Shown piece by piece: positions 39,540-51,835 of a stretch of 64,000 bases of DNA (position 1 is the stretch's first letter; each line of letters starts with the position of its first letter). This DNA is from Octopus bimaculoides (Eukaryota), in contig NC_068981.1 in NCBI RefSeq assembly GCF_001194135.2, positions 92,925,248-92,989,247 of the forward strand, in the 5' to 3' direction. Both the position numbers and the translations under genes were made by a program. Below the pieces are notes generated by a model. It saw only the letters and a program-made list of their open reading frames with translations. It ran no database searches and was not told where the DNA came from.

Positions 39540-39842
39540 AACAAAATCACTTCTTCATTTAAAAAAAACAACATATTATACCGCTAAATTAAACAATTTT
39601 CATTTTATCAAAAATATTCATTTAACAGACTCTGGAAACATAATATTCTTGAAATTATGCATCGTATCAAAGTTATACAGCTATTTTGTGTAATAACACG
39701 CATTCATTCAACACAAAATCACTTAAACATTATACCGGTATATTAAGAAATTTTCATTTTATCAAAAATATTCGTTTAAAAATCCCCGGAAGCTGATAAT
39801 ATTCTTGCCATTGTGCCTCGTATCAAAGTTATATAGCTATTA
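39540..39842. repeat. Diverged ~170-bp tandem duplication
   Basis: CAAAATCACTT, ATTTTCATTTTATCAAAAATATTC and CGTATCAAAGTTATA[C/T]AGCTATT each occur twice, about 170 bp apart. Confidence 0.85.
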
Positions 39843-41059
39843 TTAAATTATCATTAATGAAAATAGAGGCGAGTGAGAATGTTGCAAATAAAAACGTAAA
39901 ATGTTACCTGCAACAAATTAATATTGTTTATTACTAAACATTAAAATCTATTCCGCAGTGAATGCAATGAATATTTAAATTTGTGAGAATTTGGAGTTTT
40001 AAAAATTCAATAAACTTCAGAAATTGAAATAATAGGAAATTTCTTAGAACATGAATTTATAAAAATATTTCCAGATGGTCAAGCTTTTAATATTGCTTTC
40101 TTTTAGTAATTGTTACATACCTAATTAATAAGCAGCTTTCTCCGGTATAATATGTGTATATATATGTGTGTGTGTATGTGTATGTATGTATGTATTTGTG
40201 TGCGTGTGTATGTATATATATNNNNNNNNNNNNNNNNNNNNNNNNNNNNNNNNNNNNNNNNNNNNNNNNNNNNNNNNNNNNNNNNNNNNNNNNNNNNNNN
40301 NNNNNNNNNNNNNNNNNNNNNNNNNNNNNNNNNNNNNNNNNNNNNNNNNNNNNNNNNNNNNNNNNNNNNNNNNNNNNNNNNNNNNNNNNNNNNNNNNNNN
40401 NNNNNNNNNNNNNNNNNNNNNNNNNNNNNNNNNNNNNNNNNNNNNNNNNNNNNNNNNNNNNNNNNNNNNNNNNNNNNNNNNNNNNNNNNNNNNNNNNNNN
40501 NNNNNNNNNNNNNNNNNNNNNNNNNNNNNNNNNNNNNNNNNNNNNNNNNNNNNNNNNNNNNNNNNNNNNNNNNNNNNNNNNNNNNNNNNNNNNNNNNNNN
40601 NNNNNNNNNNNNNNNNNNNNNNNNNNNNNNNNNNNNNNNNNNNNNNNNNNNNNNNNNNNNNNNNNNNNNNNNNNNNNNNNNNNNNNNNNNNNNNNNNNNN
40701 NNNNNNNNNNNNNNNNNNNNNNNNNNNNNNNNNNNNNNNNNNNNNNNNNNNNNNNNNNNNNNNNNNNNNNNNNNNNNNNNNNNNNNNNNNNNNNNNNNNN
40801 NNNNNNNNNNNNNNNNNNNNNNNNNNNNNNNNNNNNNNNNNNNNNNNNNNNNNNNNNNNNNNNNNNNNNNNNNNNNNNNNNNNNNNNNNNNNNNNNNNNN
40901 NNNNNNNNNNNNNNNNNNNNNNNNNNNNNNNNNNNNNNNNNNNNNNNNNNNNNNNNNNNNNNNNNNNNNNNNNNNNNNNNNNNNNNNNNNNNNNNNNNNN
41001 NNNNNNNNNNNNNNNNNNNNNNNNNNNNNNNNNNNNNNNNNNNNNNNNNNNNNNNNNNN

Positions 41060-41103
<44 letters not shown>

Positions 41104-41916
41104 GTGTGTGTGTGTGTGTGTGTGCGTGTGTGTGTGTGCGTTGTATGTGTGTGTCTATATGTATATATACATATATACATACTTATTTATATGTGTGAGC
41201 TAGGGAGCGGATTGTAGATAGCTTGTAAACGCCAAGTAGCAGGCGGCCTGTATAGAAAACGAAAAGTGGACAGCATACGATAAAAAGCAATAACAATGTA
41301 TTGACATTGAGAGTTACACCCTTTTTCCTATATTGAAGTTGCAAAGAAGTTTGGTATGCTGACAGTTTCTACATAGCTCAGTGTTAGGAAATAATGCTGC
41401 TTAAAACCGGAATAAATTTCCAAACTGAGTAACTGGAAAATGTAAAATGTAAGCGACATGTGTTTCTTAAATAGCTGTCGCTCATTACGTAAGTCTGACG
41501 CAATAATCTCTTCTCACTATAGCTAATCATCAGGCTGTGATTAACTTAATGAAGTTTACATTAATGCAAGAAATTCCTAAGTCATTCACAACACAATGGT
41601 GAGTTCAACTAATTAGAAAAGTTAATAGCAACAATGAAAAATGTGTAAACATTAAAAAAAACAAACAAAAATGAAATAAGACAAGGTAGAAAATGCTAAA
41701 ATAATTTTATCAGGAAAAATATTTTGTAACGGACTTTTTGAACTAAGAGTAAAACAAAGGTAGATATTTATTGAGAAGTAATACAATCAAATCGAAGAAA
41801 ACTTAAATGCAATGTTTTGTAAATATTTCCATAGACTCCCTCTTTTCCTTTGTGAAGATTCGTAGGGTAGGTATTTGAAGATCTGAAAAATTACATTTAT
41901 GGGTGTTGAGATAAAT

Positions 41917-42173
41917 TTTGTTCTGAAGTTTGATGATTTAAGCAGCAGCAGCAGCCGAAGAATGAGAAGGCGAAGAATGAGAAGGCGAAGAAGGAGTGGA
42001 AGAAGAGGTCACTTTGAGATTACTTGACCATTAAATTAGAAACCACGGACAGCCTCTACTACTGAGTCATACCACTCTCGCCTTTTTTCTTCTACTTCCT
42101 CTTCTTCCTCTCCTTCTCCGCCTTCTCTTTCTTCGAGCTTCTGCTGCTTAAACCATCAAACTTCAGAACCAAA
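41917..42173. mobile_element. MITE/foldback-like inverted repeat
   Basis: TTTGTTCTGAAGTTTGATGATTTAAGCAGCAG vs CTGCTGCTTAAACCATCAAACTTCAGAACCAAA, followed inward by complementary purine and pyrimidine tracts. Confidence 0.65.
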
Positions 42174-43364
42174 TATATTTTCAGAACCAAATATTTCTAG
42201 TCATACCTGAGTAGAAACAATTAATCTCTCCAAATATTATGAAGAATGTATAGTTCTTTGTTGTAATTGTCCACTAAGTGAATGTACATGTATGCTCAAC
42301 AGTGGTTTTGTTTTCCTGAAATTAGTAATGTTAATTTTTTATTAATTTAGATTCACAGATTGCTGAAATATTGTAATTATACGATAATCATGTAGATATA
42401 AATAATTTTGCGAATGAGGCCGATAGCAATTTAAAAGTCGAACAGAAATATAGAGAAGATTGTTTAGAATTTAGAATTTTAGGTGTTTAAAGGAGATTCT
42501 CACGTGGGTGAGTGCAAATTAGAGAAACAATTAATTATTAATGACAATCCAAACTTAACGGAGTATCAACTATAATTGCACTTGTTATCAAGATATTCCA
42601 TTGTTTGAGAGAGATGTTACATTTATAACACATATGAAAATGAGACAAGAAAACGTAACATTCAGACATGATTTTCTCTCGGGCGTACGAGTGACAAATT
42701 AGAGAAAACAATTAATTCTTGATTACAAACATACCTTCCGTTGTTACACAGATAATGGTTTGATTGGAAGGGAAGTAACGTTTGTGCTGGGAAGCTAATC
42801 TCTTATAAGATATGTTCTACCGAAAACGTTACGTTTTATTTCATCTTACACCACAAACGAATTCTTTGCATTTGAGAATCGATTATTTTCACTATTTAGG
42901 GAGGCAAATTAAGACTATTTTCTTCAAATACAACTGCCTATTTTATCGCAATAAAGGACTATTTTATAATATAGATGTATTTGATGTTAACAAAGTAGAT
43001 ATTTAAATCATGCATGATTTTGTCATATTGGGTGTATTATTTGCAATATTTATAAGGAACACATTTATAGACTCTATAGGCTTTAACTGTTTCTGCTCTT
43101 TGTCACAAAGTCGCAGTATTTTGATTACTGGAGATAAGGCTGAACAATAGCCTTCCTGCAAGCACCTGTTCAGACAGAAACATGTGTCAACGATTATCCT
43201 CATGTTTCAGAACAATTAGGCTTCCATTCTCCGTAATGGCGTTTCAGCTTTGGAGAACTCACTCATGCTATTACATTCACATACATATATGCACTCACAC
43301 ACACAACTACACATACACACAAGTACATATATTTATGCTGATATATATATATATATATGGAGGC

Positions 43365-43530
43365 TGAATCTTTAGCACACCACGCAAAATGCTTTGCGAC
43401 ATTTCGTCTGTCGCTACATTCTCAAATCGAACTCCGTTGTGGGAGTGATAAAATAACTATGAGTTGAGTACTGGTGGTCGATGTTATCGACAGAGCTCCT
43501 TCCCCGAAATTGCTGGCCTTGTGCCAACAT
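43365..43530 (+). mobile_element. Diverged SINE family B copy
   Basis: TTAGCACACCACGCAAAATGCTT..CGACATTTCGTCTGTCGCTAC...GATAAAATAA...GGTCGAT. Confidence 0.55.
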
Positions 43531-43973
43531 TTTTAACCAATATACATACAGACCATGTATGAATAAAGGAGTGAAAGAACGAATTAATTAATGAATATGG
43601 TACAAAAAATCATGTTGAAATCGATATTACTTTGTAAAAATGACTGAAATACTTATTCCTCAGAAACATTTCATTTTCAGCCCATGCTTCCTATATTTAA
43701 ATACAAACACAATACACCCCGACTTAAATTTATTCATACATACATACATACATTATATATATATATATATATNNNNNNNNNNNNNNNNNNNNNNNNNNNN
43801 NNNNNNNNNNNNNNNNNNNNNNNNNNNNNNNNNNNNNNNNNNNNNNNNNNNNNNNNNNNNNNNNNNNNNNNNNNNNNNNNNNNNNNNNNNNNNNNNNNNN
43901 NNNNNNNNNNNNNNNNNNNNNNNNNNNNNNNNNNNNNNNNNNNNNNNNNNNNNNNNNNNNNNNNNNNNNNNNN

Positions 43974-44131
43974 TAAGGGATCAGCAACAGTTGCTTCACC
44001 AAATACCGAAGTTCAGAATTAGCAGCTAAAGTGCTGAAACTCCAACAGATAGCAATAATTGGGGTTTCAGCACTTTAGCTGCTATTTCTGAACTTCGGTA
44101 TGTGGTAAAGCAACTGTTGCTGATCCCTTAA
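43974..44131. repeat. Near-perfect 158-bp palindrome (~70-bp arms) at a contig end
   Basis: TAAGGGATCAGCAACAGTTGCTT...GCTGAAACTCC - ~17 nt - GGGGTTTCAGC...AAGCAACTGTTGCTGATCCCTTAA. Confidence 0.9.
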
Positions 44132-47100
44132 TTATGTTTATAAATGTATAAGAACTTTTAAATAAGTTCTTCACCGATAATGGTGTTTACATACCGAAGG
44201 GCTTGGTAAAAATTATTAATTATTAATTCATTAATAAATTAATAATCCTTTACCCTTTTATTTATAATTATTATATATATATATGTGTGTGTGTGTATGT
44301 ATGTATGTATGTATGTATGTATAATTCTGTAAGTATGCGAAAAAGAGACGAAAGTGTTGGGGGAGATTTTGCATGAATGCGTGATTTCTGGTGTGACTGA
44401 TTATTCGCGCGTGTAGTTCCAAATTAGTTTTCATGTGGATGAAAATGTCCACTAACTGGTGACATATTAACAAACAGGCCTGTTATTTACCTCTTATCAT
44501 GGCACAAACTTCAAAATACATAATACTTAATACGTCATAATTACGTTCGTAAACAATAGTCAATTTGCTTACTTCATGTTTGCTTATTACGCAAAACGAT
44601 TTCGTTTTAAACACTTACTAGGAATATAATATATGTTTACTCTGGAAACCTTATTGCGTCACACGGAATACATTTAATCAATTCCGTATGGTTATATGAC
44701 TTTATTTACTATTGTACATCTCCACATTCTAGATCGGATCATTTCACTAAAAGACAAATATTTCAGTATAGTTTGAACTAAACGTTAAGAAATTATAGTT
44801 ATATCATACACAAAAATTAGCAGAGTGCATCACAGGCATGTTTTAGTATTTTATATATTTATTAAAACGAAAGGAAAAATTCCAATGGTAACCAATGGCA
44901 ACACTAATCGATAAACACACCTAAGAACATATTTCCAATTAAATGAAAAATATAGCGTGATGCCAGACACACAGGGAATAAAAGGGCATACAGGAAACAA
45001 ACAGTATCTCCGTATATCGTCCATTATCGTACATCTAGTTAGCATAACGTCTGTTTTGAAATAGGAAAGCTTATTTTATCAAATTTTTTTCCCCGCCGAT
45101 ACAGCATCTGTTAGAGCAATTCATGTAACTTCACATGCAGATTTCTTTGGAACATATCTCATATCCTCCGCGAACAATCTCCTTTGAACGATTTAATAAT
45201 CAACGAATTTGCTTTCATTACAAAGTCTGTTTTATATATATATATACATATATATATATACATANNNNNNNNNNNNNNNNNNNNNNNNNNNNNNNNNNNN
45301 NNNNNNNNNNNNNNNNNNNNNNNNNNNNNNNNNNNNNNNNNNNNNNNNNNNNNNNNNNNNNNNNNNNNNNNNNNNNNNNNNNNNNNNNNNNNNNNNNNNN
45401 NNNNNNNNNNNNNNNNNNNNNNNNNNNNNNNNNNNNNNNNNNNNNNNNNNNNNNNNNNNNNNNNNNNNNNNNNNNNNNNNNNNNNNNNNNNNNNNNNNNN
45501 NNNNNNNNNNNNNNNNNNNNNNNNNNNNNNNNNNNNNNNNNNNNNNNNNNNNNNNNNNNNNNNNNNNNNNNNNNNNNNNNNNNNNNNNNNNNNNNNNNNN
45601 NNNNNNNNNNNNNNNNNNNNNNNNNNNNNNNNNNNNNNNNNNNNNNNNNNNNNNNNNNNNNNNNNNNNNNNNNNNNNNNNNNNNNNNNNNNNNNNNNNNN
45701 NNNNNNNNNNNNNNNNNNNNNNNNNNNNNNNNNNNNNNNNNNNNNNNNNNNNNNNNNNNNNNNNNNNNNNNNNNNNNNNNNNNNNNNNNNNNNNNNNNNN
45801 NNNNNNNNNNNNNNNNNNNNNNNNNNNNNNNNNNNNNNNNNNNNNNNNNNNNNNNNNNNNNNNNNNNNNNNNNNNNNNNNNNNNNNNNNNNNNNNNNNNN
45901 NNNNNNNNNNNNNNNNNNNNNNATATATATATATATGTATATTTATATATAAATATGCGTGTGTGTTTGTGTACGTATTAACTACATACATATGCATATA
46001 CATACATTTACTGTTTCGACGATTGATAAGAATTTATGAATACAATCGGATTGTTGAGAAGGTTATAACCTGTTTATTAGGAAAAAATCAATAACCCAAG
46101 CAAGAATAAAATTGTAATATAAATTCGTACATGCTCGTTTTATAATAAGGGTATTGCGCTATGTATACGAATGTTGCTTAGTAATATCAATGAAACAAGA
46201 GAGAATTTTTCATTATCTCATAAAGTCATATTTATGTCCAATATGTTCGTTGAATGATAACACTTTGTATTTCTTTTGAAATGTAGTGCTAAGATAAATA
46301 TTCACAATATTTCTTGAAGATCATTGAAAGTTTTCTGATATGTCAGGATATATATGCAATGATATATAATTTCAATCGCATGAATTCAAAAAAATTCTAA
46401 TATATATTCCAGATAGTTAATATGTATATAAATGTAGTCAGATAACTATCATGGAATTAATGAATAATTAAAATAATGTTGCATTACGAATTAATTCTCG
46501 GACTATTAATCATATAAATGCGAAAACTGGATGTATTCCTTGAATATTACTAAATTTCTGTACAGGGAATGTTTGTTAGTTCAATATTCTTTATCATTAA
46601 CGTTTTATTGAAATATTTATCACAATATTATATTTTACATTTGTAATTGATCTTAACTAACTAGCATTGCTGTTTACAGTCATATATCCCCTTTTATTTT
46701 GTAGGAATGATATTTATGTGGGAAATGTATGAACGCTGTCTTATATGTTATGTTATACAAAGTGATCACACACACACATACACACATACAATAACACAAG
46801 AACACAAACACACTCTCACCTACAAACATACACACACACACTCACCCATACAGTGTCACACACAACACAGCCACGCGTATGCATATTTGTAAAGAGTCCT
46901 TTTTTTGTGCCCTACTAAAACAGACATAAATACAAACTTCATGAATAATGCAATATTCAGGCAGTTGACCATCGATAATTCTATAGAAGACATCGGTGAT
47001 AAACATCCTGACGTTTTGTATCATTTCAATATTTCTTTACGTTATGGCACTGCAGCTGACGTGAAATACCTGTGAACACTGAAGTTTAGAAGAGGTCTAG

Positions 47101-47479
47101 TGCTTCCACCTCTTGCAGCAGTAGCAGTACTAGACGTTGTGGTTGATGTTGCATCTATAAGGGTTACAGGATTGGTAGAAACCCTCATTTGTAGTTACAT
47201 GATACACAGTAGACAAGATATGATGCAGTCTGCTCGTAATATGGTAAGATAGTAAAAAGTTCCACGTTTGGAAGTGAGAGACAGATTTGCAGTCTATTCG
47301 TTGCCTTTGAAATGATTTTAAATGGGCAAGTAAAATATAGACGAATTGTAAACTTATGCTGACGTCTCATTAACATGTTGGATTTTCATAGCTCGTATAA
47401 TGACTGCTAGAGCATGAAAGTGTTACAATTTTGGCGTAGTCTTATAACTCTCCTAAACAAATTCTGGAAATCTCTATCT

Positions 47480-47789
47480 TCCTTTAAGATTACTAGTTGA
47501 CTTTGAGTTTGCTAGTATGTTTTTGGGGTAGTTGGTACTTAATTTATTGTTACTTAGCTTAATCATTTCTTCGTAGTGGGTATCACGATCGCTACTTATA
47601 TTCTGTGTTCGATGTTTTAGGCAGTGAGCAATCCTCTACTTACATTGTATGGATGGTGGGAACTGAAGTTGAGGTATCGTCCAGTGAAGATCGGCTTGCG
47701 GTATACGGATGTCCTGAATCCATACTTGGTGCGTGTTATTAATACGTCCAGGAATGCTAGCTCATTGTCCTTTTCCTTTTACATTGTGA

Positions 47790-47790
<1 letters not shown>
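47480..47790 (-). mobile_element. Penelope-like element RT C-terminal/thumb fragment
   Basis: The - strand reads FTM*KEKDNELAFLDVLITRTKYGFRTSVYRKPIFTGRYLNFSSHHP and, after a frameshift, CLKHRTQNISSD...EE...NYP. Confidence 0.8.
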
Positions 47791-47827
<37 letters not shown>

Positions 47828-47857
47828 TAATAATAATAGTGATGGTGATGGTGATGG

Positions 47858-47903
<46 letters not shown>

Positions 47904-48035
47904 GGTGGTGATGGTGGTGGTGGTGGTGGCGGTGGTGGTGGTGGTGATGATGATGATCATGATGATGATCATGATGATCATGATCATGATGGTGATGATC
48001 ATGATGATGATGGTCATGATGATTATAATAATAAC
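47790..48035. repeat. Compound trinucleotide tract (AAT)n(GAT)n(GGT)n(GAT/CAT)n(AAT)n
   Basis: Seen directly. Confidence 0.95.
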
Positions 48036-48170
48036 GTCGAAAACTACCTTAAGAACGAGAACCCAGGCTCGAAATTCCCCCATGATACCTGATAAAGGCT
48101 GCAGAGTATATCAGCCGAAACGTTGTGTTAACAACAAACAAGACGAGGACAAATATCCGTCAAATAATGT
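48030..48170 (+). mobile_element. Solo hammerhead module of the palindromic element family (no tRNA head)
   Basis: AACGTCGAAAACTACCTTAAGAACGAGAACCCAGG...GATAC-CTGATAA-AGGCTG...CAGCC-GAAA-CG-TT-GTGTTAACAACAAACAAGACGAGGACAAATATCCGTCAA. Confidence 0.85.
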
Positions 48171-48599
48171 CCGTAGAATAATATTAATAAGAAAGAAATC
48201 GTATTTGAGCAAAGCTACAGAAAGTTTCAGAGACAAATCAGGAAATGTAAAACTGACAGACTACGTGGAGAATGCACTGGTAGAACTTGTATTGATTAAA
48301 ACATAGAGATATAACACGAAGATGAGACCAGATGAGACATTGTGATTCGAGAAGATAAACAGTTTCAGCAGAGAATGTGGGAGATTTTCAAAAAAGAACA
48401 CGTCCATAATTTGGTAAAAAGAAAATGCTGACTTAGCGACAAACTGGAAGCGTCACAATTGCGAGTTCGAAATACTTTTCTTCCTCGAAATACACGAATG
48501 TATCTAGTTCATCTATGTAAGCATATACATACATGCATATGTGCGCGCGTGTGTGTGTGTATGTGTGTGTATGCATGAATGTATACATGGAAATGTGTA

Positions 48600-48900
48600 T
48601 TTTTGTATCAGATGAGACAATGTCCGGCGAATATGTTGGATGGGGCATCGCTTCTTAGTCAACCTACTCAAGCCTTTGGAATGTCATCTTCACTGTTTGT
48701 GGCCGAGCATTATCCTGATGGAAGAACACCTTTCATCTTGAAATCAAAGATGGTTATTTTTCTCCTAGTGCTGAGTTGAATGACTGGTTGAATGAACTAA
48801 TCCAAGCTTCTCCGCTAGTTTCTCAACAGTTACGATGGTATTTTGTTCCACCATGGTATGCAGGACGCCTTTCTTGAGCCCTACATACCTCCCAGGACAG
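48600..48900 (-). mobile_element. Mariner transposase remnant
   Basis: The - strand reads VFFHQDNARPQT...MPHPTYSPDIVSSD (HDNARPH and HPPYSPDLAPSD motifs). Confidence 0.75.
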
Positions 48901-49291
48901 TTTTCGTTTTCTAGGTTGTAGTTTCCGACTTGGAATTTCAGGAACTACCATTGACACTGGCTTACCCTTATTGTCCGATCCCCATATACTGCATTAATAT
49001 TCCTCGCACTTTCTGTTGCGTTGTTGCCTTTATTGAACTCATAAAGCAAAATATGCCAAATATGTTCCTCTGTCACTTCCATTATGGCTTTGAAATAATG
49101 ACTGTTAAAATTGAACTGCACTCTTCAAAACTTGCACTAAGAATAAGGACAAGCTAAAATTGTTACGTGCTTTTATAACAAATTGATACACGTAGTTCAT
49201 CTCGTCGACCCATCGACTTTTAGTTCATGCAACAGAAAAAAACACATTATCTATGTCATTACACATTACATCGTGATGCAAGTCGGTGAAC

Positions 49292-49430
49292 AAGCAGATT
49301 CGTTACCACGCCAGACAAAAATACTCAGCGGCATTTCCTCCGTCTTTGCGTTGCAAGCTGAAATTCCGCCGAGGTCGACTTTACCTTTCATATTTCGGGG
49401 TCCATAAAATAAACACCAGTTGAGCATAGG
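49292..49430 (+). mobile_element. SINE family B copy
   Basis: AAATTCCGCCGAGGTCGACTTTACCTTTCATATTTCGGGGTCCATAAAATAAACACCAGTTGAGC. Confidence 0.75.
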
Positions 49431-50849
49431 CCTCATACATAGCCGTCAGTGCTCGGAATTGCTTCCCGCGATCCAAAATTTGAAATCGATATGACCCTTG
49501 GTTACCGAGATATGTAGAATTTAAATTTCTTTAGAGCATCTGATTTATGGAGAAGGACCAAGAGATTATTCAGATTTATAGATGTAAGTTAAAGTTTTCT
49601 TTAAATACCGATATAAGCTACACTTAATTCAAGAGTCTGCTGTAAACGAAACAAACTGAGAGAATGCGTGAATCTTCCTGCTAAAATAGTGACGTGTTGT
49701 TCATGAAAACGGGATTGCATAATCTTCTATGACTTCAGAGGTATTTATGGAGATTGTGCAATTCAGCAAATGTTTTGCGTCTGATATTCAGATAATCTGA
49801 AGAATAATTAAGTCTATGAGCATAAGATTACTCTTTTTATACCGTTTTCAAACAAGCATGATCCACAGGGATTTGTCCAATTTCTTTGTGGTTTATATCT
49901 CGCAAATATCTTGCATTTTGCACTGTAATTATCATCGTATTCTTTTCAAATACAAATATATTGTCGACTTCCTCGTTTTTATAATTCTGATGGCAGTAGT
50001 ATGGCTGGAGAAAATTGAACAATATCTGGTTTAAATATGTATTCTATGATATCTATATAGAGTTTATGACTTTAGCGTCGTATAGCATTTGTACGTGTGT
50101 GTATATGTATATTTATATATAGGAGAATTCACGAAAAAACAACAGACGAAGACAGGTGGTGTAAACAACGAATGGATGTATTAGTATAACGCTCGGGAAT
50201 AGAGAATGTCTTTAACGTTTCGAGCCTACGATCTTGAACAGAAAGGAACACAGAAAGAAACAAGGAGAGAAACAAAATATATAATCAGAAAATAGGAAAA
50301 ACTTAGATCAACAAACAATTCAATTGGACCACATGTGTACTTATTTTATACAAAACATGATATAACATTTACGTGACATAACAATTCTTACGGCCGTTTC
50401 CTCTTCCGATATCAATCAGTGCCTACGAAAGAATTGCGAAAATAATATTCTTCATCTTCATAGGACATTAGAACCAGAACATGGAGCTTTATCAGAGTGA
50501 GTAAAAAAGCATCCAGAAAATAAAAAAAAAAAGGAAGAGGGAATAAGAAAGAAAACATGGCATAAAGAATAAGCCTAGAGGCCTCTTTCGATTTCTAAAA
50601 GAATGTTGATGTGTGACTAGTCTACATTTCATCTCATTTTGGGTAGCTCCTATGTAATTCATTTTACTAAATTGTGTTGTGACTGTGCATTGGCAAATTA
50701 CGTCCTTAATGCTACACTGTTGTTACATGTACTCTACGTGCATAGTGTGCATCCATACCCATGCCCAGAGATAAAACGGGTAACTGATACCGATAGTAAA
50801 TACGTATACTTTATCCCTTAGTTTGTTACTATAACCTTTATTCTGCTTA

Positions 50850-50912
<63 letters not shown>

Positions 50913-51592
50913 NNNNNNNNNNNNNNNNNNNNNNNNNNNNNNNNNNNNNNNNNNNNNNNNNNNNNNNNNNNNNNNNNNNNNNNNNNNNNNNNNNNNNNNN
51001 NNNNNNNNNNNNNNNNNNNNNNNNNNNNNNNNNNNNNNNNNNNNNNNNNNNNNNNNNNNNNNNNNNNNNNNNNNNNNNNNNNNNNNNNNNNNNNNNNNNN
51101 NNNNAAGCTGAAGGAATTTTTATTAAATATGTTATGGCTTTTTTAGCTTTACTCTTCCTCTACACATTGTGTTTATCATTTTTGAGATTTGAAGAAATCT
51201 TAACTTTTTTCACGCATATGAGGATGGTGTTCCAAATAGAAAACGAAAGAGTTTATTGAACAAACCAATAGAGTCAACGAAGTAAACAATCCTGGTTTGC
51301 GCTAAGAGTACTCTAAAAATGAAACCACTAAATTATTATTATCTTTAAAGTATATTAATTTATTACTTGTTGCTGGTGATTTTGCATTTATTGTTTTTCA
51401 ATCAGCTCCAGTTGTATCAAGATTATTTTAAAATTTATTATCAATTATCAGCATTTGTTATGGTTAATTAAGAAGAAGAATATTTCAGTCAATTTTATCC
51501 ATTTCATATACCAGTGTATGAATGAAGATTATTACATGTATATGATTGCATATATATATATATCTATATGTGTGTGCGTGTGTATGTACGCA

Positions 51593-51635
<43 letters not shown>

Positions 51636-51771
51636 GTATATATATATATACGCGCATAGATGCTTATAACTACATGTATGTACTCATGTATACATTTTTG
51701 TGAGTGTGCGTGTATGTGTGTCTGCGTGATTGTGTGTATGAGTGTGTGAGTATCTGTGTGCCTATATACAA

Positions 51772-51835
<64 letters not shown>

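Noticed and set aside
47757-48306. ORFs with a shared C-terminal peptide (RTQ..NFPKTPDEGWR.YQP.RCVNNKQDEDKYPS) here and at 8190, 8607, 38604 and 38927
   Set aside because: Incidental translations of the non-coding HHR module. Frames and starts vary between copies and the N-termini come from microsatellites.
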